Below, piece after piece: positions 15,966 to 25,900 of a stretch of DNA of 26,221 nt. Origin of the DNA: a virus (taxonomy: Duplodnaviria; Heunggongvirae; Uroviricota; Caudoviricetes). Numbering within the stretch: the stretch's first letter is position 1; the number at the start of each line of letters is the position of its first letter. The notes beneath the pieces were generated by a model. The model searched no databases. It was not told the DNA's origin and saw nothing but the letters and a program-made list of their open reading frames with translations. The DNA lies in the IMG/VR virus record IMGVR_UViG_2617270943_000001, positions 1 through 26,221 of that record, one strand, 5' to 3'. The position numbers were made by a program, and so were the translations under genes.

Positions 15966-17032
15966 ATACCTACAGCAACGATATCATCGGTAGCAACGCC
16001 AGATGCTTTCGTGAAATCGCTCTTATCAATCAGGTTGATTTTGTAGTCAACAAAAGTGGACATATTTTTGTTGAAGTAATAGGTTGCACCTACATCAACA
16101 TATTCAACCAGGTCCTGATCACCCCAAACACCCAAGTCTTTTCCTTTAGAATGCAGGTAAGCAACGGATGGACGCAGGCCGAAGTCGAACTGATATTGTG
16201 CAACAGCTTCGAAGTTTTGTGCTTTGTTGGCAATATGGTTATTACCAAAAACAGTCATGTTCTGGGTTTCAGAATAGGTGGTGGCCAGATAGATGTTGTT
16301 CGCATCATATTTCAGACCAGCTGCCCATACTTCAGCATTTTGACCAGAAGCATTCAGACCGTTGTTACCGTAGATAACCTGATTATTAGTGCGATCAGAT
16401 TTAGCATAGGTTGCACCCACGCCGAATCCTTCATACTCATAAGTAGTTGAGAAACCGAAACCATCGCCATTAGCTTCAGTTACTTCATTTCGGTCATTTT
16501 TGCCCTGATACTGAGCTGCAAAGTTCAGGCCATCAACCAGACCAAAGAAGTCGTTGTTACGATAAGTTGCAACACCTGTGGTGCGACCAGTCATGAATAC
16601 ATCTGTTTGGGTCCAGGTATCGCCACCGAATTCTGGCAGAACGTCAGTCCACGCACCGATGTCGTATGCTACACCGTAGTTACGGCCGTAATCGATTGAG
16701 CCGTAGTCACCGAATTTCAGGCCTGCAAATGCAAGACGGGTTTTGTCTTTGGAGGAACCTTGAGATTCAGCGCGGTTGCCTTTGAATTCATATTCCCACT
16801 GACCGAAACCAGTCAGTTGATCGTTGATTTGGGTTTCACCTTTGAAGCCAAGACGGGCATAAGTAGTATCACCATCATCTGCATCATTAGAGGAGAAGTA
16901 GTGCTTAGCATTAACTTTCCCGTACAGATCCAGCTTGTTACTGTCTTTATTATAAATTTCAGCTGCCTGAGCAGACATCGCCATCAGTACTGATGCAGCT
17001 ACAGCAGAAATTGCCACTGTTAATTTTTTCAT
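15950..17032 (-). CDS. nmpC: General porin of the OmpC/OmpF/PhoE family (NmpC/Lc-type phage-encoded porin), 360 aa
   Basis: Signal peptide [29 protein letters not shown], porin motifs and C-terminal VGMVYQF. Encoded antisense to the late operon between Q and the lysis genes, as in DLP12 and PA-2. Confidence 0.9.
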   Translation of the reverse strand: MKKLTVAISAVAASVLMAMSAQAAEIYNKDSNKLDLYGKVNAKHYFSSNDADDGDTTYARLGFKGETQINDQLTGFGQWEYEFKGNRAESQGSSKDKTRLAFAGLKFGDYGSIDYGRNYGVAYDIGAWTDVLPEFGGDTWTQTDVFMTGRTTGVATYRNNDFFGLVDGLNFAAQYQGKNDRNEVTEANGDGFGFSTTYEYEGFGVGATYAKSDRTNNQVIYGNNGLNASGQNAEVWAAGLKYDANNIYLATTYSETQNMTVFGNNHIANKAQNFEAVAQYQFDFGLRPSVAYLHSKGKDLGVWGDQDLVEYVDVGATYYFNKNMSTFVDYKINLIDKSDFTKASGVATDDIVAVGMVYQF

Positions 17033-17620
17033 CGTGAGCCCTTTTTTTTGAACTATTATTAAAAAATGATGTCACTGCGCGATAAATATTCATCTAATCA
17101 ATGTGATTATTTCAAGATGTAAGTTTTAGTTTCTCATTTAATTTGTGAAGTAGATCTCTATTTTTATCTGAACTTTTTCTATCGAAACCTATTTATGGCT
17201 CTTATTTGAACAAAAATAAACCTATTAGCTAATTTATATTAATGGCTGTTATTTATGGGGGTTCTATAATTCGGCAGTTTAATTTAAATCAACTAAAAAT
17301 AACGTCTGAAATTATTTATTGGTTATTTGTTGAGGTTTTCTTATGTATTTGTGGTGGAGTTTTGAACACTCGGTAGCATTCTCATAAATATCATTCAGCG
17401 GTTTACGTACGTAAAAAATTGGTTATGCTGTTAAGAGTGGTTACTTCGTCACACAGCTTAAACCCGCCGTCGAGCTGGTTTTTCCATTTTTTGAGTCTCG
17501 ATATTAGCTGATAACTCAATACCTGAGTTATTCACTGACTCCGAGTCTGTTACGTTTCTGCTTTTTTGCGATACGTTGTATTCCCTCAATTTACACCCGC
17601 TTTGTCTGCGAGGTGGGGTT

Positions 17621-17836
17621 ATGAAATCCATGGATAAGTTAACAACGGGTGTCGCCTATGGCACCTCAGCAGGTAGTGCCGGTTACTGGTTTTTACAGCT
17701 GCTCGATAAAGTCACGCCCTCACAGTGGGCAGCAATAGGTGTGCTGGGTAGCCTGGTATTTGGCCTGCTGACGTACCTGACAAACCTTTATTTCAAGATT
17801 AAAGAAGATAAGCGCAAGGCTGCGAGAGGTGAATAA
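17621..17836 (+). CDS. essD: Class II holin (phage 21 S-type pinholin) with dual-start motif MKSM, 71 aa
   Basis: Translation [71 protein letters not shown] matches S21; two TM segments; Met1/Met4 dual start. Confidence 0.85.
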
Positions 17837-18333
17837 TGCCTCCATCATTACGAAAAGCCGTTGCTGCTGCTATTGGTGGCGGAGCAATTGCTATAGCATC
17901 AGTGTTAATCACTGGCCCAAGTGGTAACGATGGTCTGGAAGGTGTCAGCTACATACCATACAAAGATATTGTTGGTGTATGGACTGTATGTCACGGGCAT
18001 ACAGGAAAAGACATCATGCTCGGTAAAACGTATACCAAAGCAGAATGCAAAGCCCTCCTGAATAAAGACCTTGCCACGGTCGCCAGACAAATTAACCCGT
18101 ACATAAAAGTTGATATACCGGAAACAACGCGCGGCGCTCTTTACTTGTTCGTTTACAACGTGGGCGCTGGCAATTTCAGAACATCGACGCTTCTTCGCAA
18201 AATAAACCAGGGCGATATCAAAGGCGCATGTGATCAGCTACGTCGCTGGACATATGCTGGCGGTAAGCAATGGAAAGGTCTCATGACTCGTCGTGAGATT
18301 GAGCGTGAAATCTGTTTGTGGGGTCAGCAATGA
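17836..18333 (+). CDS. rrrD: SAR (signal-anchor-release) endolysin, lysozyme family, 165 aa
   Basis: Gly/Ala-rich N-terminal SAR segment ([20 protein letters not shown]) followed by a lysozyme domain; TAATG overlap with the holin stop. Confidence 0.85.
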   Translation: MPPSLRKAVAAAIGGGAIAIASVLITGPSGNDGLEGVSYIPYKDIVGVWTVCHGHTGKDIMLGKTYTKAECKALLNKDLATVARQINPYIKVDIPETTRGALYLFVYNVGAGNFRTSTLLRKINQGDIKGACDQLRRWTYAGGKQWKGLMTRREIEREICLWGQQ

Positions 18334-18797
18334 ACAGAGTAACCGCGATTATCTCCGCTCTGGTTATCTGCATCATCGTCTGCCTGTCATGGGCTGTTAA
18401 TCATTACCGTGATAATGCAATCGCCTACAAAGAACAGCGCGATAACAAGGCCAGTGAACTGGAGAAGGCGAACGCCACCATTACTGACATGCAGCAGCGC
18501 CAGCGTGATGCTGATGCACTCGATGATAAATACACGAAGGAGTTAGCTGATGCGAAAGCTGAAAATGATGCTCTTCGGCGCAAGCTTGATAATGGTGGTC
18601 GGGTGCTCGTCAAAGGAAAATGCCCTGTGCCATCCTCAGCCGAAACCTCCAGCGCCTCCGGCATGGGCAATGATGCCACCGTCGAACTCTCTCCAGTTGC
18701 TGGACGAAACGTTCTCGGTATCCGGGACGGAATTATCCGCGACCAAACAGCACTGAGAACGCTTCAGGAATACATCAGGACGCAATGCCTTCGATGA
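18330..18797 (+). CDS. rzpD: Spanin inner-membrane subunit Rz, 155 aa
   Basis: N-terminal TM segment followed by a coiled-coil-rich periplasmic domain; ATGA overlap with the endolysin stop; Rz1 embedded in the +1 frame. Confidence 0.8.
   Translation: MNRVTAIISALVICIIVCLSWAVNHYRDNAIAYKEQRDNKASELEKANATITDMQQRQRDADALDDKYTKELADAKAENDALRRKLDNGGRVLVKGKCPVPSSAETSSASGMGNDATVELSPVAGRNVLGIRDGIIRDQTALRTLQEYIRTQCLR
18550..18756 (+). CDS. rzoD: Spanin outer-membrane lipoprotein subunit Rz1 (embedded within Rz)
   Basis: Lipoprotein signal with VVGC lipobox, then Pro-rich [16 protein letters not shown], entirely inside Rz in a different frame. Confidence 0.7.
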   Translation: MRKLKMMLFGASLIMVVGCSSKENALCHPQPKPPAPPAWAMMPPSNSLQLLDETFSVSGTELSATKQH

Positions 18798-18970
18798 TAG
18801 CGATAATTTTACTCATCATCCTTCACATCTGGCTCTGTAGACAGGGTGGTGCTCACTTCTGGAGTGAATCCAGATTAAACATCTCATTGCTGATGCTTGA
18901 TATTGAGCATTTTGCGCGCGGTAAGGGGCTGCGTTGAGATAAGAGCCAGTCATTACAAATACCAGGATTT

Positions 18971-18996
18971 AGCCTCGCATTCGCGGGGCTTTTTAT
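18971..18996 (+). terminator. Rho-independent terminator after the lysis cassette
   Basis: AGCCTCGC-ATTC-GCGGGGCT hairpin (one G-U pair) followed by TTTTTATT. Confidence 0.5.
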
Positions 18997-19288
18997 TGCC
19001 ATTACAAAAGCCACTTCCTACAGAGTGGCTTTGATAATGGCTTATACCCTACACGGGATAACTTAACTGATATCCCTTTTAAAGGATAAAGGTATTCAAG
19101 CCTGACACATCATGCGCTGTATCGTCGCCGTATTCCCGTATTAACAGAGACCGTAGCCCGACGGGGAACTCCTTCTGCGCGAGTGTGTGGGAATAATCAA
19201 AAACGATGCACACCGGGGTTACCGGGTACACATATTTCATCATGCCAGCGAGTCCGGTTCTGGCACGGAAGAAACCGGACGTTATGAT

Positions 19289-19699
19289 TTAGTGCGGAAA
19301 TATTTGTGTAGTGTTCTGAATGTTCTCAGTAAAGAGTAATGAATTATCAAAGGTATAGTAATACCTTTTGTTTTCGTGGATATTTGTAATCCATCTGAAA
19401 ACCCCTGCTGTAGCAAGATTTTTCCTGTATTCGTAAAATGATAACTCTCCTGATTTGAATCCTTTTAAGGTGGCTTCTATAAGGCATTTATTTTTTGAAA
19501 ATCTTACATTTACAACCTTACCCTGTCCTTTTATTAAAACCGTATTATCGTTTTCAAGAACAAGATGAATATTCTCTGTGGCTAAATAGTAAATGTAATG
19601 TGAGACATTGTGACGTTTTAGTTCAGAATAAAACCAGTGATAGTTTAAATTATTTCGCACTTTATCGAATATTTGTTTAAAAATGGCAACCTGAGCCAT
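19289..19699 (-). CDS. ybcV: YbcV-like protein, 136 aa from ATG at 19699
   Basis: Translation [18 protein letters not shown]...[24 protein letters not shown] resembles DLP12 YbcV; GGAAGG Shine-Dalgarno 7 nt upstream; AT-rich; opposite strand to late genes, in the position occupied by bor in lambda. Confidence 0.7.
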   Translation of the reverse strand: MAQVAIFKQIFDKVRNNLNYHWFYSELKRHNVSHYIYYLATENIHLVLENDNTVLIKGQGKVVNVRFSKNKCLIEATLKGFKSGELSFYEYRKNLATAGVFRWITNIHENKRYYYTFDNSLLFTENIQNTTQIFPH

Positions 19700-19755
19700 T
19701 GTAGTACCTTCCATGTGATATGAGGGGTGTAGTCTGCACGATTATCTAAATTGCT

Positions 19756-19989
19756 TCAATCTGGTCTGATCTGTTTTCTGAGCAATTCAGTAATGTCACT
19801 CTTTTCTTTGTTTGCTTCAGGAGAAACTCTTTTTTCTGAGCACAGTCTCCGGCGGCAGGCTTCAATGACCCAGGCTGAGAAATTCCCGGACCCTTTTTGA
19901 TCAAGAGCGATGTTAATTTGTTCAATCATTTGGTTAGGAAAGCGGATGTTGCGGGTTGTTGTTCTGCGGGTTCTGTTCTTCGTTGACAT
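19756..19989 (-). CDS. Small putative ribbon-helix-helix (Arc/CopG-like) DNA-binding protein, 77 aa
   Basis: Basic N-terminus RRTTTRNIRFPNQMIEQINIALD suggests an RHH fold; co-oriented with the ybcV-like gene. Confidence 0.45.
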   Translation of the reverse strand: MSTKNRTRRTTTRNIRFPNQMIEQINIALDQKGSGNFSAWVIEACRRRLCSEKRVSPEANKEKSDITELLRKQIRPD

Positions 19990-20139
19990 GAGGTTGTCCC
20001 GTATTCAGTGTCGCTGATTTGTATTGTCTGAAGTTGTTTTTACGTTAAGTTGATGCAGATCAATTAATACGATACCTGCGTCATAATTGATTATTTGACG
20101 TGGTTTGATGGCGTAGATGCACGTTGTGACATGCAGATG

Positions 20140-20360
20140 ATAATTATTATCATTTTGCGGGTCCTTTCCGGCGATCCGACAGGTTACGGGGCGGCGACCT
20201 CGCGGGTTTTCGCTATTTATGAAAATTTTCCGGTTTAAGGTGTTTCCGTTCTTCTTCGTCGTAACTTAATGTTTTTATTTAAAATACCCCCTGAAAAGAA
20301 AGGAAACGACAGGTGCTGAAAGCGAGCTTTTTGGCCTCTGTCGTTTCCTTTCTCTGTTTT
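20140..20360 (+). other. cos: Lambda-type cos site (cosQ-cosN-cosB); cosN 12-nt cohesive end GGGCGGCGACCT at 20189..20200
   Basis: The sequence ...GATCCGACAGGTTACGGGGCGGCGACCTCGCGGGTTTTCGCTATTTATGAAAATTTTCCGGTTTAAGG... is near-identical to the lambda cos junction with a few substitutions and a 1-bp indel, immediately upstream of nu1. Confidence 0.85.
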
Positions 20361-20377
20361 TGTCCGTGGAATGAACA

Positions 20378-20923
20378 ATGGAAGTCAACAAAAAGCAGCT
20401 GGCTGACATTTTCGGTGCGAGTATCCGTACCATTCAGAACTGGCAGGAACAGGGAATGCCCGTTCTGCGAGGCGGTGGCAAGGGTAATGAGGTGCTTTAT
20501 GACTCTGCCGCCGTCATAAAATGGTATGCCAAAAGGGATGCTGAAATTGAGAACGAAAAGCTGCGCCGGGAGGTTGAAGAACTGCGGCAGGCCAGCGAGG
20601 CAGATCTCCAGCCAGGGACTATTGAGTACGAACGCCATCGACTTACGCGTGCGCAGGCCGACGCACAGGAACTGAAGAATGCCAGAGACTCCGCTGAAGT
20701 GGTGGAAACCGCATTCTGTACTTTCGTGCTGTCGCGGATCGCAGGTGAAATTGCCAGTATTCTCGACGGGATCCCCCTGTCGGTGCAGCGGCGTTTTCCG
20801 GAACTGGAAAACCGACATGTTGATTTCCTGAAACGGGATATCATCAAAGCCATGAACAAAGCAGCCGCGCTGGATGAACTGATACCGGGGTTGCTGAGTG
20901 AATATATCGAACAGTCAGGTTAA
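20378..20923 (+). CDS. nu1: Terminase small subunit Nu1, 181 aa
   Basis: Translation MEVNKKQLADIFGASIRTIQNWQEQGMPVLRGGGKGNEVLYDSAAVIKWYA... is near-identical to lambda Nu1 (NohD-type). Confidence 0.95.
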   Translation: MEVNKKQLADIFGASIRTIQNWQEQGMPVLRGGGKGNEVLYDSAAVIKWYAKRDAEIENEKLRREVEELRQASEADLQPGTIEYERHRLTRAQADAQELKNARDSAEVVETAFCTFVLSRIAGEIASILDGIPLSVQRRFPELENRHVDFLKRDIIKAMNKAAALDELIPGLLSEYIEQSG

Positions 20924-22199
20924 CAGGCTGCGGCATTTTGTCCGCGCCGGGCTTCGCTCACTGTTCAGGCCGGAGCCACAGACCGCCGTTGAATGGGCGG
21001 ATGCTAATTACTATCTCCCGAAAGAATCCGCATACCAGGAAGGGCGCTGGGAAACACTGCCCTTTCAGCGGGCCATCATGAATGCGATGGGCAGCGACTA
21101 CATCCGTGAGGTGAATGTGGTGAAGTCTGCCCGTGTCGGTTATCTGGATTTTTTCAAAGGCGAGATAGGGAAAACCCATCTGGCTCAGGAGCTGTGGACG
21201 CAGATTGATAACGGTCAGCTTGCGCCTGACCTGACTGAAATCAGGACGTCCATAACGGATGTCAGCAATGAAATAACGCAGACCGTCAATAAGAAACTGG
21301 AAGACCAGAGTGCAGCGATCCAGCAGATACAGAAGGTTCAGGTTGATACAAATAATAACCTGAACAGCATGTGGGCAGTGAAGCTGCAGCAGATGCAGGA
21401 CGGACGCCTTTATATTGCGGGTATCGGTGCCGGTATTGAGAACACCCCTGACGGCATGCAGAGTCAGGTGCTGCTGGCAGCAGACAGGATTGCGATGATT
21501 AATCCTGCGAATGGCAACACAAAGCCGATGTTTGTTGGTCAGGGCGATCAGATATTCATGAATGAAGTGTTCCTGAAACGCCTGACGGCCCCCACCATTA
21601 CCAGCGGCGGTAATCCTCCGGCATTTTCCCTGACATCAGACGGGAGACTGACGGCGAAAAATGCGGATATCAGTGGCAGTGTGAATGCGAACTCAGGAAC
21701 GCTCAACAATGTCACGATTAACCAGAACTGTACGATTAAGGGCATGCTGGAGGCGACCCAGGTCAGAGGAGATTTCGTTAAAGCTGTATCAAAAGCCTTC
21801 CCGAAAAAAGTCGGTACATGGGGTAACACGGAAACACCAAACGGTACGGTTACAGTCACCATCAGCGATGATCATAACTTTGACCGCCAGATTATTATTC
21901 CGCCCATTATTTTTAACGGTATAGCGTATGACGATCCGGGGAGCGGAAATAACCCAGGAGGCACGCGATACACGGGTTATGGTTTTGAAGTTCGCAAAAA
22001 CGGCGTATTAATCGCATCCAGAGAAACTAAAGGGGCCATTCCCGGTAGTTACAGTGCAGTTATTGATATGCCCAGTGGCAGGGGAAGCGTCACTCTGGAG
22101 TTTAAGATTTTCCAGAAAGGCAATCAGGGGGCAGGCAATATCACCGACTGTACGGTGATTGTGACCAAAAAAGCCGCTTCCGGCATCAGTATTCGTTGA
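20898..22199 (+). pseudogene. Chimeric in-frame ORF: terminase large subunit A N-terminus (about 82 aa) fused to the C-terminal about 350 aa of tail-tip host-specificity protein J
   Basis: Residues 1-82 (MNISNSQVNRLRHFVRAGLRSLFRPEPQTAVEWADANYYLPKESAYQEGRWETLPFQRAIMNAMGSDYIREVNVVKSARVGY) match lambda A; the remainder (...WAVKLQQMQDGRLYIAGIGAGIENT...SGGNPPAFSLT...VNANSGTLNNVTI...) matches the lambda J C-terminal region; junction near 21144. Start overlaps nu1 by 26 nt as in lambda. Confidence 0.75.
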
Positions 22200-22220
22200 A
22201 ATATTTATAACCCCAATAAA

Positions 22221-22247
22221 GGGCGTCAGGAATGACGCCTTTTTTAT
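22221..22247 (+). terminator. Rho-independent terminator after the J remnant
   Basis: GGGCGTCA-GGAA-TGACGCC hairpin followed by TTTTTTATT. Confidence 0.7.
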
Positions 22248-22269
22248 TGCAGAAAAGCGAGAGGTAATT

Positions 22270-22869
22270 ATGCGTAAAGTTTGTGCAGCAATTTTGTCCG
22301 CAGCCATTTGTCTGGCCGTATCCGGTGCGCCTGCATGGGCGTCTGAACATCAGTCCACGCTGAGCGCGGGGTATCTTCATGCCTCGACGAACGTCCCCGG
22401 CAGCGATGATCTGAACGGGATTAACGTGAAATACCGTTATGAGTTTACGGACACACTGGGGCTGGTGACGTCATTCAGCTATGCAGGAGACAAGAATCGC
22501 CAGCTGACCCGTTACAGCGATACCCGCTGGCATGAAGATTCCGTTCGTAACCGCTGGTTCAGCGTAATGGCGGGGCCGTCTGTGCGCGTGAATGAATGGT
22601 TCAGCGCGTATGCGATGGCGGGTGTAGCTTACAGCCGTGTGTCGACTTTCTCCGGGGATTATCTTCGCGTAACTGACAACAAGGGGAAAAAGCACGATGT
22701 GCTGACCGGAAGTGATGACGGTCGCCACAGCAACACGTCTCTGGCGTGGGGGGCTGGCGTGCAGTTTAACCCGACCGAATCCGTGGCCATTGATATTGCT
22801 TATGAAGGCTCCGGCAGTGGTGACTGGCGCACTGACGGTTTCATCGTGGGTGTCGGTTATAAATTCTGA
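22270..22869 (+). CDS. lom: Lom outer-membrane beta-barrel protein (Ail/Lom family), 199 aa
   Basis: Signal peptide and Ail/Lom-type beta-barrel ending in VGVGYKF; gene order J-lom-stf as in lambda. Confidence 0.9.
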   Translation: MRKVCAAILSAAICLAVSGAPAWASEHQSTLSAGYLHASTNVPGSDDLNGINVKYRYEFTDTLGLVTSFSYAGDKNRQLTRYSDTRWHEDSVRNRWFSVMAGPSVRVNEWFSAYAMAGVAYSRVSTFSGDYLRVTDNKGKKHDVLTGSDDGRHSNTSLAWGAGVQFNPTESVAIDIAYEGSGSGDWRTDGFIVGVGYKF

Positions 22870-22895
22870 TTAGCCAGGTAACACAGTGTTATGAC

Positions 22896-22923
22896 AGCCC
22901 GCCGGTTCAGGCGGGCTTTTTTG
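22896..22923 (+). terminator. Rho-independent terminator after lom
   Basis: AGCCCGCC-GGTTCA-GGCGGGCT hairpin followed by TTTTTTG. Confidence 0.7.
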
Positions 22924-22933
22924 TGGGGTGAAT

Positions 22934-25900
22934 ATGGCAGTAAAGATTTCAGGTGTACTGAAAGACGGCACAGGAAAACCGGTACAGAACTGCACAATCC
23001 AGCTGAAAGCAAAACGTAACAGCACCACGGTGGTGGTGAACACGCTGGCCTCAGAAAATCCGGATGAAGCCGGGCGTTACAGCATGGACGTTGAGTACGG
23101 GCAGTACAGCGTTATTCTGTTGGTGGAGGGATTCCCGCCGTCACATGCCGGGACCATCACCGTGTATGAAGATTCCCGACCCGGTACGCTGAATGATTTT
23201 CTCGGTGCCATGACGGAGGATGATGCCCGTCCTGAGGCACTGCGCCGTTTTGAACTGATGGTGGAAGAGGTGGCGCGTAACGCGTCCGCGGTGGCACAGA
23301 ACACGGCAGCCGCGAAGAAGTCAGCCAGCGATGCCGGCACATCAGCCCGTGAGGCGGCAACCCATGCGACTGATGCTGCAGGCTCAGCACGCGCAGCCAG
23401 CACGTCAGCCGGACAGGCCGCTTCGTCGGCTCAGTCAGCGTCTTCCAGCGCAGGAACGGCATCAACAAAGGCCACTGAAGCGGAAAAAAGTGCTGCCGCT
23501 GCAGAGTCCTCAAAAAGCGCGGCGGTCACCAGTGCCGCTGCGGCGAAAACGTCAGAAACGAATGCGGCAGCGTCACAACAATCAGCAGCCACTTCTGCAT
23601 CCGCCGCGACCACGAAGGCGTCAGAAGCAGCCACCTCAGCCCGGGATGCGGCGGCCTCAAAAGAGGCAGCGAAATCATCAGAAACGAACGCATCATCAAG
23701 CGCCAGTAGTGCCGCTTCCTCGGCAACGGCGGCAGGCAATTCCGCGAAGGCGGCAAAGACGTCTGAGACAAACGCCAGGTCTTCTGAAACGGCAGCGGGA
23801 CAGAGCGCCTCGGCTGCGGCAGGCTCAAAAACAGCGGCTGCGTCGTCTGCCAGTGCCGCGTCAACAAGTGCCGGGCAGGCCTCAGCCAGTGCCACCGCCG
23901 CCGGAAAATCGGCAGAAAGCGCCGCATCGTCTGCTTCAACAGCCACAACGAAGGCTGGCGAAGCCACTGAACAGGCCAGCGCAGCAGCAAGGTCTGCTTC
24001 CGCAGCGAAGACATCCGAGACGAACGCGAAAGCGTCGGAAACCAGCGCAGAATCCTCAAAAACGGCTGCCGCATCGTCCGCCAGTTCGGCGGCGTCATCG
24101 GCATCATCGGCGTCTGCTTCAAAAGATGAGGCGACCAGACAAGCGTCCGCAGCGAAGGGCAGCGCCACGACGGCATCCACGAAGGCGACAGAGGCAGCTG
24201 GCAGTGCGACGGCGGCAGCACAGAGCAAAAGTACGGCGGAATCCGCGGCAACGCGCGCCGAGACAGCGGCAAAACGGGCAGAGGATATTGCATCCGCCGT
24301 GGCGCTTGAGGATGCAAGTACGACGAAAAAGGGGATAGTACAGCTCAGCAGTGCGACCAACAGTACGTCTGAAACGCTGGCGGCAACGCCAAAGGCAGTA
24401 AAATCAGCCTATGACAATGCAGAGAAACGTCTGCAGAAAGACCAGAACGGCGCTGATATACCCGATAAGGGACGCTTCCTGAACAACATTAACGCGGTCA
24501 GTAAAACAGACTTTGCTGATAAGCGTGGTATGCGTTATGTGCGGGTTAACGCTCCTGCAGGTGCAACATCTGGAAAATATTACCCTGTTGTTGTTATGCG
24601 TTCTGCTGGCTCAGTAAGCGAACTGGCATCAAGGGTCATTATCACCACGGCAACGCGAACCGCAGGCGATCCGATGAATAACTGCGAGTTTAACGGATTT
24701 GTTATGCCTGGTGGCTGGACTGACAGGGGGCGTTATGCTTATGGAATGTTCTGGCAATATCAAAACAATGAACGAGCCATCCACTCAATAATGATGAGTA
24801 ATAAGGGCGATGATTTGCGCTCTGTGTTCTATGTTGATGGCGCTGCTTTCCCTGTTTTTGCGTTTATCGAAGATGGCCTGTCAATATCCGCACCTGGTGC
24901 TGATCTCGTTGTTAATGATACGACCTATAAGTTTGGGGCAACAAATCCGGCGACTGAATGTATCGCGGCGGACGTTATCCTTGATTTTAAGAGTGGGCGT
25001 GGTTTTTATGAGTCTCATTCGTTAATCGTTAACGATAACTTGTCGTGCAAAAAACTTTTTGCCACAGACGAAATTGTAGCGCGTGGTGGTAATCAGATTC
25101 GAATGATAGGTGGGGAGTATGGGGCATTATGGCGTAATGATGGCGCTAAAACTTACCTGCTGCTTACCAATCAAGGTGATGTTTATGGTGGCTGGAATAC
25201 ATTAAGACCGTTTGCTATTGATAACGCAACCGGCGAACTGGTTATTGGAACCAAACTGTCCGCAAGTCTGAACGGTAATGCATTAACAGCAACAAAGCTG
25301 CAAACGCCAAGACGGGTTTCTGGTGTTGAGTTTGATGGTTCCAAAGATATTACTTTAACCGCCGCGCATGTGGCTGCTTTTGCCAGAAGGGCAACGGATA
25401 CATATGCCGATGCGGATGGTGGCGTTCCCTGGAATGCCGAATCAGGCGCTTATAATGTCACCCGCTCTGGCGACAGCTATATTCTGGTTAACTTCTATAC
25501 CGGAGTCGGAAGTTGCCGGACCTTGCAGATGAAGGCGCATTACAGAAATGGTGGTCTGTTCTACCGTTCTTCAAGAGACGGTTATGGTTTTGAGGAAGAC
25601 TGGGCAGAAGTTTATACCTCGAAAAATCTTCCACCAGAAAGCTACCCAGTCGGCGCACCAATCCCGTGGCCATCAGATACCGTTCCGTCTGGTTATGCCC
25701 TGATGCAGGGGCAGACTTTTGACAAATCTGCTTACCCGAAACTTGCAGCCGCTTATCCGTCAGGCGTGATCCCTGATATGCGTGGCTGGACGATTAAGGG
25801 CAAACCTGCCAGTGGTCGGGCCGTATTGTCTCAGGAACAGGACGGCATTAAATCGCATACCCACAGCGCCAGCGCATCCAGTACAGATTTGGGGACGAAA

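Noticed and set aside
16151-16993. Plus-strand ORFs inside the porin gene (16151..16450, 16168..16377, 16760..16993)
   Set aside because: Antisense to a full-length porin with signal peptide and family motifs.
20279-20859. Minus-strand ORFs 20279..20818 and 20497..20859 overlapping cos and nu1
   Set aside because: Antisense to near-lambda-identical cos and Nu1 sequence; no support for coding.
23331-24338. 335-aa Arg/Pro/Gln-rich ORF on the plus strand
   Set aside because: Lies in an alternative frame of the GC-rich repeat region of stf; extreme low-complexity composition (poly-R/Q/P) is typical of shadow ORFs. The stf frame starting at 22934 is the coherent one.
23431-24360. 309-aa and 263-aa Ala-rich ORFs on the minus strand (23431..24360, 23526..24317), and 23077..23513 minus-strand ORFs
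   Set aside because: Antisense shadow ORFs produced by the Ala/Ser-codon repeats of stf; no independent start signals; the composition mirrors stf.
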